The notes under the pieces are model-generated. The model had not been told where the DNA came from. It worked only from the letters and a program-made list of their open reading frames with translations, and searched no databases. This document shows, one piece after another, positions 1-16,063 of a stretch of 64,000 nucleotides of DNA. This DNA is from Eledone cirrhosa (taxonomy: Eukaryota). Numbering within the stretch: the stretch's first letter is position 1; every line of letters starts with the position of its first letter. The stretch is taken from positions 66,650,001 through 66,714,000 of the forward strand of contig OZ024746.1 of assembly GCA_964016885.1 (NCBI GenBank), written 5' to 3'. The position numbers were made by a program, and so were the translations under genes.

Positions 1-472
1 TTTCTATTGTATAAAATGACATAGCATTTTGAGTGATCGAAAATCCTTTAAGTAACCTTCTCTCATTCACATTTTCGTTAATCGCTGTGTATAAGGGATG
101 GTTTATAATGTTAATCGAGTATTGGCATGACCTCCACCATACAACATGTTTAACAGACGTTATTATATCAGTTTTTTTGTGCAACATCATAAACACAGCA
201 GCCCCGTTTCCGTCAATCAAAAAGCTACAGAAATAAATTGTATGAAATATTCCCCTTTGGCCAAATAAAACATTAAATAACACAGACGTTGCACATTGTT
301 GCTACTGGCACAAACAAAATGTTGAAATCCACTAAATAAAAAAGAAAAGAAATGGCGTTTAGTTTTGAATCTTCGCTTAATACACATCATGTGGGCGAGG
401 CTTGTAACAATATATCTCACGATATTGTTTACATTCGGAGGACTACCTGTTAGAAAGCGGTATCATCTGGAA

Positions 473-625
473 AGGCGGTGAATTGGCAGAGTCGTTAGAA
501 CATTGGATGGAATGCTTTGTGGTATTCATTCAGGCTCTCTGCTCTCTGAGTTCAAATCCCGCCGAGGTCAAATTTGTCTTTCATATTTTCGAGGCCAATT
601 AAAAGAACCAATCTACTACTGGGGT
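473..625 (+). mobile_element. tRNA-derived SINE, diverged copy (octopus-type family)
   Basis: GGCGGTGAATTGGCAGA 5' head, B-box-like GAGTTCAAATCCCGCCGAGGT and body similar to the copies at 42916 and 58632. Confidence 0.75.
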
Positions 626-3044
626 CTATACTTCTACATCTCATCCTCACTTTCTATCCTGCTCCGGAAGAAATGTGTTGTACTCATAAGGTGGTACGAA
701 AAAACAAATCATCTATGTGAGTGTTGGTGTGGTTAGAAGCAATTGAGACTAGATTGTCAGCGTGCCTCATAAAAAGTGTTGAAGTAATAAAGAATGTGAA
801 ATCACAGCCGAGATCATGAAACATGCGATGGTGAATGAGCTGCTATTGTACATATTGATACAATGGTGGTTACGTGTAGCAATTTTACCACGCATGTCGA
901 TGAATAATATGCAGGGAATTTTCAGATTCAAGTGATATGTGATAAATGATATCTTCATATTGCCAAGTTTTGAAGAAGGTTTCCAAACTAGACCCTGATA
1001 GCAAATGAAACAACATTCGCCTGGTAGTAATATAATAATGCAAATATATAATTGGATTATTTTAGTGGGAGACAAAATTAGTAAATGTTTCTAGTAAGCA
1101 GACCTGAATGAATGGACAATGAATTCGTTCTACAAAGTGGCATCTCTACAAAATCTTAGGTTCGACCTCTACAATATAAGTGACATTTGGTAGACGAGAT
1201 ATGTGTGCAAGCTTGATCGATGGATTGTACAGCTGATTCAAAGGGATAGCTAGGATACACGAAGTTTCTGACATTGATCCTGATTGATATTCAGCCAAGT
1301 ACACGCTAAAAGAAGTATTGAAGTATTATATATATCTATATATATATATTTTTTTTTTATCGAGAACCTAGCATATTCATCGTTGAAAGTTACATAGGCT
1401 GCCTTTTCTGAAAACTATCAAAGTATATATTTGATGTTATATGTGACTGACCATAACCGACATATACCTACGCAATAATATAAACATTCGAACGGAATCG
1501 CAGGTTAACATTGATAGACAAATGAAGGTGTAAAATTATCTAAAGATTAAAATCACCAAACTTTATTATCAAAACACAAAAGAATTACATTCTTATATGT
1601 TTTCCTTGTTAAATACAAAGATATAAAATAACTATATTTACTCGATTCAACTTGTGAACCTCGAGGCAACAACGATAACTTTATTTAATCACGTATTAGA
1701 AATGGTAAAATAATTCATAAAATAATTCATTGGCATATATACGCTCTTTCAACCATGGATATAAAGCAAGAAATAATATCTGAACTTTAGGCTTTGTAAC
1801 GCAGTGATGCAGCTAGAGGAAATATTCTTAGAGTCACAGTCCAGAACAAAGCTCTATGCAAAGAAGCAGTTGCCGATAAAGATGATCGCATTCCACATGT
1901 AAATATTATCCGAAACATTGGCTCTAGGGCTCATAAAATTTGACAGTTATATCACCGCTGGGTATCTCTCATTGAAATTGACACCTACAACGGCGAAATG
2001 GCATGACATGAAGCTCTTGTATTGTAGTCGATGGAAGTGATAAAGTAATTGATTTGTAGGGTTTTATGGACTTCTTCGAGGATGAAACATTAAGTGCTGT
2101 TCACTAGTATATTGATAAAAAAGGTGCATAGCCTTAATAGAGAAACATACATAACTTAATTTAAACAACGTTCACATGTACAGCATGATTAAGGCTCCTT
2201 TGCCTATTTCACTTAGATACAAAAGGATGTAAGTTCTTGGAGGAGTAACATGTCTCGATTGCACCACTCCTGTGAGTGAAATGAATCAAGAAATGGACAT
2301 TCTCTCAACTGATATGCAGCCATTAATTACACATACACACACACTAATACATACACACATATACATACGCACACACCCACACACACATACACACACATAT
2401 ATATGTGTGTATATGTATGTGGCTGCGAGGAGGGCACGGAAAATGTACAGAAATCCTCACCACACACATACACCCCCGTACATTTTTAACTGTCATACAT
2501 ATTTTAACATTAACATCTGCTCATCTATGGTTTTCAGTGGGGCAATTCATAGTTCATTATATTTCCGATAATAGAGAGACAATCGATTTGATGAACCTTG
2601 TAATTTGAAATCCATTATCTAACCAGCTGGCAAAATTATCGTGCCAGCCTCTATATCTTTGTTGCAGTGTGTAGAACTTGGACATGAACAGACATCAAGC
2701 TATTTGTAAATATAAACTGAAATTCTCCCTATTCTGGTGGGCTGTGGCTTGTGCAAAATTGTGTTTATTAATTTTCAACATGAGCTCTGTCAATACCAAT
2801 GACAATTCGTATACAACTGCGTGGAAGGTGTGACATATGTAATTTGCTTAAAATGAGCAGGCATACTATAAATGTAGTAAAATTTAGGATTTAGGATTCT
2901 TGCCATACATAGAGTACTACTAACTTAATTTGTGGTCTCCTTAGTCAGAGCACCGCAGAATATATATATGTATATTTATATACACACACACACACACGCG
3001 CCGCGTGCGCGCACATATGTGTATATGTATACACACACACACAC

Positions 3045-3082
<38 letters not shown>

Positions 3083-3978
3083 ATTAAATAGCTCTAAGAA
3101 AAAAGCTTTTCCGAGCCGTGAAATATAATTGAATAAACAAGGTGGATGAACACTAATATAAACATACATGTGTTCGAATCGTAAGGACTAGGTTAGCTAG
3201 GGTGAAAAAATACTAACTACAGCAATATGGTTTGTCAATGTTGTTCACTTAATAAGATGTTGCGTAACAGTTTTCAAAACTGTCTAGTTGTTACCAGGCT
3301 ATTTGCCCGATATAGGTTCGTTATTTTTTCTTAATTTACTACTTAAAATTAAGTCTGACAAAGCATATTGCGGTAGTTAGTATTTTTTCACCCTAGCTAA
3401 CCTAGTCCGTACGATTCGAACAAATGTATGTTTATATTAGTGTTCATCTAACTTGTTTATTCAATTATATTATACGGCTCGGAAAAGCTTTTTTTTTTTA
3501 GAGCTATTTAATTGTAAGAGACTAATCTGAGTTTCTAACATACTATATATTTGTCGGCTCCATCATGTAGAGCTAATTTTAATGTCTTATTAACCAGGCT
3601 GCTATTTCTAGCAGCATGGGATTTCGAGACAAGCTGGGTTCCAGAGACACGTACACTATTTCATATCACACACAATTCAGTCTTCTAATATTTTAAGAAG
3701 TGGAAGGATCGCTAATTTTCTCAACACTACTGAGGAGCAGAGAAAGGTGTTGACTTCACTTAATAAGATGTTACGAACAATTTTCAAAACTGTCTAGTTG
3801 TTACCATGCTATTTGCCCCATATAGGTCTGTTATTTTTTCTTAATTTACTACTTAAAATTAAGTCTGACAAATCATATTGCTGTAGTTAGTATTTGTTCA
3901 CCCTAGCTAACCTAGTCCTTACGATTCGAACACATGTATGTTTATATTAGTGTTCATCTCTCTTGTTTATTCAATTAT
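3083..3978. repeat. (TA)n-flanked module with an inverted repeat plus a direct repeat (Penelope pseudo-LTR-like architecture)
   Basis: 3083-3238 is the reverse complement of ~3355-3513; ~3240-3470 recurs directly at ~3749-3978 (TTCACTTAATAAGATG at 3244 and 3755). Confidence 0.8.
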
Positions 3979-3997
3979 ATATATATATATATATATA

Positions 3998-4107
3998 GGA
4001 ACGAGTAGGACCCCGACGGTTGAGCTCAAGCCGTTTTGACGGCTAATTCCGTCCAGAATTAGCCGTCGAAACGGCTCGAGCTCAGCCAGCGGGGTCCTAC
4101 TCGTTCC
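3998..4107. mobile_element. 110-bp palindromic element flanked by TA (MITE-like, or a fold-back retroelement tail)
   Basis: TA-GGAACGAGTAGGACCCCG...CGGGGTCCTACTCGTTCC-TA; half copies at ~9257-9296 and ~9735-9792. Confidence 0.75.
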
Positions 4108-4282
4108 TATTACCCACTCTACTAGCCTAAGTATTGAGTACTTTGGTGCGTTATGGTCCACCTGGTTCCTTACCACATTTCCTTCGTTATATATATATAT
4201 AAAATAATTAAGTCACATATGTAAAATCAAACGATGTAAGCCCATAACAAAAACACCGATTACTTGTTGGCGGATGGGGTGC

Positions 4283-4800
4283 CTACAAAACTTCATTATA
4301 GACTATATTTTGGGTTTTCTCGTGAGATGCAAAAGTAAATAGGTTATGTCGGCTCCGCACTCGAGAGCAGCCAACATATAATTGACTATGGGAGAAGCAC
4401 GGTTCTTCTAAATTAACCCCTACGACCGTCGGCGTCTGACCCTGTGATTTGTTAATCGACATGACGAAACTGAGCCGGAGACGGAATTGCAGCCTTCTGA
4501 ATGTGAAAGGAACTTATTTACCGGATGGAATGAGAGGTATCCTTGGTATGAAGACAGTATCCCCCTTACCACATCCTGTAAGTATTTTTGCCTCAATAAC
4601 ATGAGGCATCGCTTTCGGACGACCAGACGCGTGCCGTTGGAAAGCCTTCGGGGTTCCAAATTCAAGAGGAGCATGACAGGGACACCTTTCTTAAGTCGCA
4701 GTAAGTGTGGTGGCAATCCGGTAGGGTCTAGGGAGTTAAGAAATTATGTGTGGTAATTAACAACTTCATCAGCCAGAGATTCAAGAGACTTGTAGACGTG
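4283..4800 (-). pseudogene. Helitron Pif1-like helicase C-terminal fragment (stops and frameshifts)
   Basis: FLNSLDPTGLPPHLLRLKKGVPVMLLLNLEPRRLSNGTRLVV ... SRVRSRHNLFTFASHEKTQNIVYNEVL*. Confidence 0.9.
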
Positions 4801-5350
4801 CAGATTTCGAGGCAAGCACAGCGTAGTCCGAGGAGGGGTCGTAGTTAAAGGCCTTCAACAACCATCGTGAATTGCATGTCCTAGAAATGCCACGTAACGA
4901 TGATCGCCGCAGTTCACTTTGCAGAAGTCGGCCACGTCGTGTTCTATGGTTTCAATATTTCGTGCAGCGGCAGTGGCAGCGGCGTCCCTGCTTCGTCGAA
5001 CGGCGCATCGTCCATCATCCACTCGCGGGCGAGCAGCGGATGTTGCAGTGGCGTTCCTGCTTCGTCGAACGGCGCGTCGTCCTTCATCCTCTCGAGCGCG
5101 AGCAGCGGATGTTGCAGTGGCGTCCCTGTTTCGTCAAACGGCGCGTCGTCCTTCATCCTCTCGAGCGCGAGCAGCAGCAGTCGCAGCAGCATCTTTGTTC
5201 TGCCGAAGTTCACGCCGACTGTCATCCTCCTTCGCTCTTGCAGCTGCCGTCTGCGCAGCATTCTGTGAGAGCCTGATCCCAGTTGCATTTACATCTTCGG
5301 TGAGACGCCTTCGCTTAGATCTACCTGCATCATTAGATAATCGAACAATG
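4800..5350 (-). pseudogene. Helitron RepHel N-terminal fragment with 23-aa (69-bp) STPR-like repeats
   Basis: 69-bp period (CTTCGTCGAACGGCG at 4991 and 5060); units such as AAATAAARAREDEGRRAV; followed by LKAFNYDPSSDY. Confidence 0.75.
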
Positions 5351-6399
5351 AAAGTTATTTTCTTGGCGGGGGGGGGGGGTTGTTTTTGGAAACCTAACCA
5401 GGAAGAACGATAAATAGTGGTCAAATAACATTTAAGTAAGCAAATCTAAACACGGATATAAATTCTGAAAAAATGTGATGAATCTATGTGGTCTGAGAAA
5501 GTGGGTATGTTTTGCAAGATTTTGTGTACCAGTCAAATTTCAGGTTTTAAGTTAGGGACAACGCAGCGTACGGACTACCTGTGATGAAGGAAACTAAATA
5601 GTGTGGCTACAGTGGTAGGTATATAAGTGCCAGTATGTTTGTTCAGTTCGAACATAGCAATACGTAAGTACTAACCATTGAAAGGATACAGCCAAAAATG
5701 GCCGAAAAATCACAGCATGATAAACTGGAACCTTATGACCATAAACACATTAACTAAACCTCCTTTAAGGTGAAAAATATTGAAGAAGCATGCGTTTCAG
5801 AAACATTGGGTAGCTTATGAGAGTACTCATGCAAAAAAACCTACCAGGTGTCAAAAGCCAAAAAAGAAGTGTGATCCTAAGTCGGACTTGACTCATATAA
5901 ATAGGAGCAATTTCGCTCAATGAACAACACTCGAGTTGTTTAATTGGTTAGATAATACAAATAAGTGTGATGAAATCTACTGAACACAACTCACTGATTT
6001 GTGGTTGGCCAGAGGTCGCCATTTCGCACTTAATTGAGGTGCAATTAAACGGGGGAGACAACCGGATGCAAAAACTAATAAATCATTCGCACAGTTTAGG
6101 CATGAGTGTGAAATAACACAATCCACATACAGTAGGCATTAAAATGTACACCTGGGTTAAATCGGGCTTTCTTGGTTAGGAGTGTGAAATGACGCCAAAG
6201 TTCAAGGTAAAAAATTTAACTCCCCATTCCGCACTTAATTGTGGTCCAACCGGGGGAGACAACCGGGTGCAAAATTAAATTCAATCATCTTAAAGTTAAC
6301 TAAACAAACTAAAGTTAAGTCAGGGGGATTTAAAAATTCGCTACTCCATTTGTAGGACATGAGTAACTGATGAGTCAACTTTCCTTTAAATTGGCTTTT

Positions 6400-7380
6400 A
6401 TTTCCAGAAGTTAAAATGCTTTGCTGCAACCATAATATGAACTTTAAAAGTGGCTCACTGCCCTCCCTAGGGGGTTCCCTTGCAAAATTCAAGTGATAAC
6501 GAATATGTGGTGCTTTATCTTATGGCAGGCAATAACCATTCGGTTAGGTTTTGTAAGAATCAAGTATAAACTCCCGAGGTTATGGTGATTTTTTTATTGT
6601 GGCAGTTTGAACTTTTATAGGTTAATGAATTGGGCTCATTGTCCCCGAGGAGGTCCTCTTGATGAATTGAAATGAAAGTAAATGTGCCTCACTGTATCTT
6701 TATCTGTAGTACATGTACTACATGAATATCAACTAAGTCGAAATTTGTTTTATTGGAATACCATTTATCGAAGCTATGACGCTTTGCTGCATTACAATAG
6801 CCAAATTCAATAAACAACTCGCCGGGGCTTACTGCCTCCTGGGGGTCCCTTGCTTGTTCCAGGTGTAGACAGTGTCTTCAAAATCATCTTTAGGCAATGG
6901 GTAGCCAATGTGTCCGGCAAAGTTAAAATCGAGCGTAAACTTCAAAAGTTAGCAGGTACTAATACAGTGTTAATGTGAAATTCAATAGATAAGTCGAAGG
7001 GGTTTACTAAAGGGGTCCCCTTGATAAGTTTAAGTAAAAGTTCATATGTTCACCTTCCTTTATAAGCCGTGAGTAACCAATACGTCTCGCTTCGTGAAAA
7101 CCAAACACCAACTCAAACAGTTATGACGTTTTGTTGCATTGATGATATCAACTTCAACATTCATCAAGTCAGTTTACTTCTCCCCAAGGGGTCCCCTACC
7201 TAAATTTCTGCACAAGAGCAGGCCTGCAAATTTATTTGTAGGCCATAAGGAAACAAAAGATTAATTTTGGTGAAGATGGGAGGAAAACTGCAAGAATTGT
7301 AGGGCCTTTATGCAGTAGTACTGCTGAATCCAAGCGAGAGTCTTAAGGGGGTTATCTGCCCATGGGGGCACCACAATCGA
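6400..7380. repeat. Six degenerate ~175-190 bp tandem units inside the Helitron
   Basis: CCC..GGGG(G)TCCC(C)TTG-like motif recurs at ~6461, 6642, 6834, 7006, 7181 and 7359, with shared TAACCAAT and AAGTTATG sub-motifs. Confidence 0.65.
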
Positions 7381-7868
7381 CACGTAATAGGACTTCAGAA
7401 ACCTATGTATGTAATGTGGTGCAAATCGGTTGTAAAATGTAGAAATGCATGCGGTTACACAGACAGATAGACATCTTCTGTTTTATATATTATATATAGA
7501 TTAGAAATTACGTATGTTTCATAGATTATTGGCTCAAATTCAAGACCGCCATTGAACGATAACTAATAGAAACGTTTCAAAGTGTAACCTCGACATATAA
7601 CATTGTATATACATACTTTTGGCAATAGCATCAAGTGTTTACATCAGTTGCAATACAATTTATTGAAGACATAAATTATATATATGTGGATCAGTCAAAA
7701 GAAAAGACATCATTCATGTTGATGCAACCCGACCAATTGGAGACGGTTGCATCTGACATGACCCGCTAGAGGACGCCTTTGAGGACATTTCCCCGTCTAA
7801 CCTCACAGAAATATATAAGTGAAGTTATACATATAGCTAGGTAGATATAGATTGATAGATAGATACTT

Positions 7869-8035
<167 letters not shown>

Positions 8036-8275
8036 TTCTTCTGGTTTTATAATTTCATATATGTTTGCCAATAGAGAGAGGATCGGGTTCTAACATAGGC
8101 ACAAGACTCTCTCATTGGAATTTACACAACATCAACTAGGTAGATATGTATGCATCTATGCATGCATGCCTGTGGGTGCAGGTATGGATGCTATTGTATG
8201 TGTGGATGTGGATTTTTTGAGTTGCATGTGTGAATGTGCATATGCTTTGTATCTGTACATGTGTATATGCAGTTA

Positions 8276-8830
8276 TTAGATGCAGAATTTGTGTAATGTT
8301 TTACATATTTTTACTGTTCCATTAATGGATTGTAATTTCCTAACTAGTATTCTTTCTGTTTCTGTGAAGCCTAGCTTCTCAAGATTTGTATTGAGGCAGT
8401 TACTAACATATCCCAGTGCCCCAATAATCACAGGCATAAATCTGAAGGTATAGTCAGTGTGGAGTATCTGCAGATTACTCATTAGTTCTGCATAAGTATT
8501 CTCCTTTTCGCTAGTCTTTGATGTTGTATTGGCATCTGCTGGGCAGCTAACTTGCATTAATGTGCTTTCCTTCTTTTCCCTGTCCCATATCATTATATCT
8601 GGTGTGTTATGCCTGCATTTTATTGGGGTTTTTACTGGAACATTCCACCAGTACTCTTTCGTATCATGTATATGTATGTCTTCCACATTGCTGTAGATTT
8701 TAATGTGTTTATTATCGGGGCTATCTTTTCTACAGATAGCATTGTACAGTGTTTTGGCCACTACATCGTGCTTCATAGGGAAATAATACCGCGATGGCAT
8801 CTTTGTACAGCAGCTTATGACATGGGAGAG
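8276..8830 (-). pseudogene. R4/Dong-type non-LTR retrotransposon 3' fragment (end of zinc knuckle plus restriction-like endonuclease)
   Basis: SHVISCC..YFPMKHD (RHD motif), WWN, HNTPDIMIWD, VSCP, EKENTYAEL, PVIIGALG; abuts an (ATGT)n array at 8838-8930. Confidence 0.85.
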
Positions 8831-9291
8831 CTGCTTATGTATGTATGTATGTATGTATGTATGTATGTATGTATGTATGTATGTATGTATGTATGTATGT
8901 ATGTATGTGTATATGTATGTGTGTGTATATATAGTTAGGTAGGTAGTCAGTATATGAAAACAACACGAATAAAATGAGGGAATTAAAGGAGATTGGCGAA
9001 CTGAAAATTAGGTTAAAGAATACGTGAAAAGACGCCTGGCAGTCAAAATTAAATTAAGAAACGAAAATGGTGTGGTCACTAAAAATATTTAGACAGAATG
9101 AAAAGAAAACGAAATTACATGACGTTTCGTGTTTAAATCCTTCATCGAAGCAGCACAAAATAGGAATTGGCTAAAAATGGAATGTTGAGAGTGTTCTAAC
9201 GGTAAAGGTTTACGATCAATGGTTTCGCTCTACTACGACTTAAATATATATAAGTCGATACGGCTTGAGCTCTGCCATCGGGGTCACACAG

Positions 9292-9334
<43 letters not shown>

Positions 9335-9859
9335 TATATGTATGAACATAACTTTCTAATTCGCCAAATCAAAATAGAAGATATTGGAATATTTCCACGG
9401 AATCACCTTCATCAAGCATTATATATAGTCAAGCGTATGCTATCAAAGTTAAGATGGTAAAAAAAAAAAATCTGGTGGTATATATAATAATTATTATAAA
9501 TTATTTTAGAAGTGGCATGGACATAATTTTTGCAATGAGGTTAAACATATTTTAAACCTATCATGCCTATGTACATCAGACAAACAAACAGTCATGCACA
9601 AGGACACATAACATTACTGAGAAAGCCTCACAAGCAGATCACCATAACAACACGTACGCTGTAATGTGGGAAATTATACATCTAGGACTATATACACACA
9701 CAAACACACAAATATATGTATATATATATATATATAGGAACAAGTAAGACCCCGACGGCTTAGCTCAAGCCGTTTCGACGGCTAATTCTGGACATTTATA
9801 TATATATATATAAATATAAATGGGGGTAGGTGGGAGTGGGGTATGGGATGAATTGATAA

Positions 9860-9982
9860 AATTATTAGTGCACCGGATTAAATATGTCTCTATATTTGTT
9901 CCGGTTAACTGTACACTGAATCTAAATCGAGACCGCGATCAACGTTCTCTTTCATCTTTTCGACGTCAATAAAAACGTACCA
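9860..9982 (+). mobile_element. Highly decayed SINE copy
   Basis: CTTTCATCTTTTCGACGTCAATAAAAACGTACCA aligns to the family core CTTTCATCCTTACGGGGTCGATAAAATAAAGTACCA. Confidence 0.5.
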
Positions 9983-9999
9983 TTGAAATACGGAGGTTG

Positions 10000-12361
<2,362 letters not shown>

Positions 12362-12668
12362 AAAGATAGTTTGTGTGTTCGTCTGTCTGTATGTATGTGT
12401 GAGCGATTCAAAATAATGTTTGCTTTATATTTAAATGAATATATTTCCACAATATATGCCTAATTGTAAAATGAATAATTAATATTATTCCACTATTACA
12501 CTTAGATTTCTAACTTTTGATTCAAGGATGAATTTTAAACGAGCAGAAAATATAATTTCCAAAAATTACATAACTATGCTAGAAATAAGTATTTTTTACA
12601 TAATTTTGTTCACTTTAACATTCATTTCATTATTTATTGTTTATAGTTTACCTTCCCACTCGGCATTC

Positions 12669-12716
<48 letters not shown>

Positions 12717-13425
12717 TATGCCTTTATAATATCGGCCCAGGTGAGCAAGTCTTTCGAATGCGCTCGGCATCCAGCGTGAATGAGTTGTAACTACAAAACG
12801 AACACGACAGTAGCGATGTCAATAACAACAACAAATGTTAGTTAGCGGCGTGTCGGCTCACAGGTAGCTAAAAGACATTCAAATTGCATCCTCCCCACTA
12901 TATAGACTTACTAATGTTTAATACTACACCAAGATGACTTAGCGAGACACACTACAATTACGGCAACAACAAGAACGAACACAGTATAATATCGATCGAT
13001 GTTACATCGGGAAGGAATCTGACGCTTAGCTTAGCAGATGTCTGTAGGTAGATCTGAAGTAGAAACTCTGTGTGGGCTAGCTATGTTTATATGACTATAT
13101 CTGTGTGTATGTGTGTGTAGACTCGCCTCGTTTGTTTTTACATACCTGCCTATATATAAAATGAGTTACGTGGCGTGGAATGTCGTTTCTATCTCGCCAA
13201 TACTATAGAATCTATTAAATCTCATTATATCTTAGTGTCTCTCTGTCGCTTTTTACCTTTCTCTCTCACTCACACCCTATCCTTTTCTAATAATGTCCAT
13301 CGCTCTAATAGTGTCCCATCTTTTTCAATCTATCGCTCTCGTAGCATTTTTATCTTCATTGTATTTAAACGGTTACTTTAAAGAATCGATTATCATTTCG
13401 AAACTAGTCTAAACTAGAATTTAAG

Positions 13426-13460
<35 letters not shown>

Positions 13461-13498
13461 GTCCCCTACATGTCGGCCCTTGTGGCTAATAAATGAAA

Positions 13499-13530
<32 letters not shown>

Positions 13531-13627
13531 TTGAATGAAAGGGGTTATACAGACTGAGGGATATTTTTAATATTACACACAGCCATGCACCGGCGCATCA
13601 TGTTTTCACAATAATACATATAATTTA

Positions 13628-14813
<1,186 letters not shown>

Positions 14814-15137
14814 AACAGAGACAGAGACACAGTGTGTTTGTATATACTTGTACTAATATGGAATTACATATTACTTTATACCCCACTGCATTTATTACTG
14901 TGCATATTGGAAATTTCAATAGGGTTTTTCGTTTGCAATTTGGAATACCCCAAATTGTAAGATGTTCTGTTTCAAATATATTATTATTTTAATATCAGTA
15001 ACCTATGTATAGCCCTTCTAATGAGCCACCTGTAGCCCAGTGGCATACAGTTTATCTTACTTGTTGTCAGAGTTTCAAATTTCACTATTGATTCTATGTA
15101 TTATAGATCCTGAAAATAAATAAATAAATAAATATAT

Positions 15138-15590
15138 ATATTGTTATACTTTGGGAGGGTCATGTTGCCAATAAGAAACACACGCACCAGTTGCTTTCAC
15201 TTCAATTTAATTTAATATATATTTATAAATTTACAAATTTATAAATTTCTGGTTGGTTGGTTGGTTCCACAACCAGATAGTTGTTTATATATATATAGTC
15301 ATAGTTCTTTCGTCACACACTCTGTGACCTCTTCAGTGACTGGGGATTTCTTTCTTCGTTTCTGTGAAACGAAGAAAGAAATCCCCAGTCACTGAAGAGG
15401 TCACAGAGTGTGTGACGAAAGAACTATGACTATATATATATAAACAACTATCTGGTTGTGGAACCAACCAACCAACCAGAAATTTATAAATTTGTAAATT
15501 TATAAATATATATTAAATTAAATTGAAGTGAAAGCAACTGGTGCGTGTGTTTCTTATTGGCAACATGACCCTCCCAAAGTATAACAATAT
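15138..15590. repeat. Apparently perfect palindrome, 225-bp arms with a 3-nt spacer (TGT, 15363-15365)
   Basis: ATATTGTTATACTTTGGG...CCCAAAGTATAACAATAT; end coordinates and centre agree (15364), so no net indel. Confidence 0.95.
15387..15431 (+). ncRNA. Minimal type I hammerhead ribozyme (mirror copy on the minus strand at 15297-15341)
   Basis: Stem I AGTCA/TGACT, core CTGAAGA, stem II GTCACA/TGTGAC (one extra G), GAAA, GAAC, TA cleavage site. Confidence 0.8.
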
Positions 15591-15643
15591 CGGTTTCAAC
15601 ACACGATTTCAGATAAAGAATCTTGCTAAACAAATTCAGAAAC

Positions 15644-15712
<69 letters not shown>

Positions 15713-15767
15713 GTGAGTTTTTTTTTACAAAATGAAAAATAACCGAGGTGTCCTACAAGAGTGAAAG

Positions 15768-16063
15768 TATAAAGAAAAAGAGATGAAATCGAAAATGCAA
15801 CTGGAGTCTTATTTTTTAAAAAAATATATATATTTATTTGGTTCCTTTACCGGTTTCGCAGTTCTTCTGCTTTTCAAAAGGTGAGTTGAGATGGAGGGTC
15901 TGTGGTTTTTCTCACATCTGATGTGAGAAAAACCACAGATCCTCCATCTCAACTCACCTTTTGAAAAGCAGAAGAACTGCGAAACCGGTAAAGGAACCAA
16001 ATAAATATATATATTTAAAAACAAAATAAGAATCCAGTTGCATTTTCGATTTCATCTCTTTTT

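Larger units (their letters stand above)
4122..7500 (-). mobile_element. Internally deleted non-autonomous Helitron
   Basis: Minus-strand 5' end A|TCTATATATAATATATAAAACAGAAGATGTCTATCTGTCTGT at 7500; carries 23-aa-repeat and Pif1 C-terminal coding remnants. The 3' end is uncertain (candidate CTAG|T at 4122-4125). Confidence 0.75.

Noticed and set aside
4872-5413. GC-rich plus-strand ORFs
   Set aside because: Antisense shadows of the Helitron 23-aa repeat region
6360-6410. CTGATGA followed by a hairpin
   Set aside because: No GAAA box or stem I, so not a hammerhead
9118-9425. Two minus-strand HHR-like strings (TCGATGA..GAAACGTC and TTGATGA..GAAATATT)
   Set aside because: Core mismatches and no stem I pairing; at most decayed remnants
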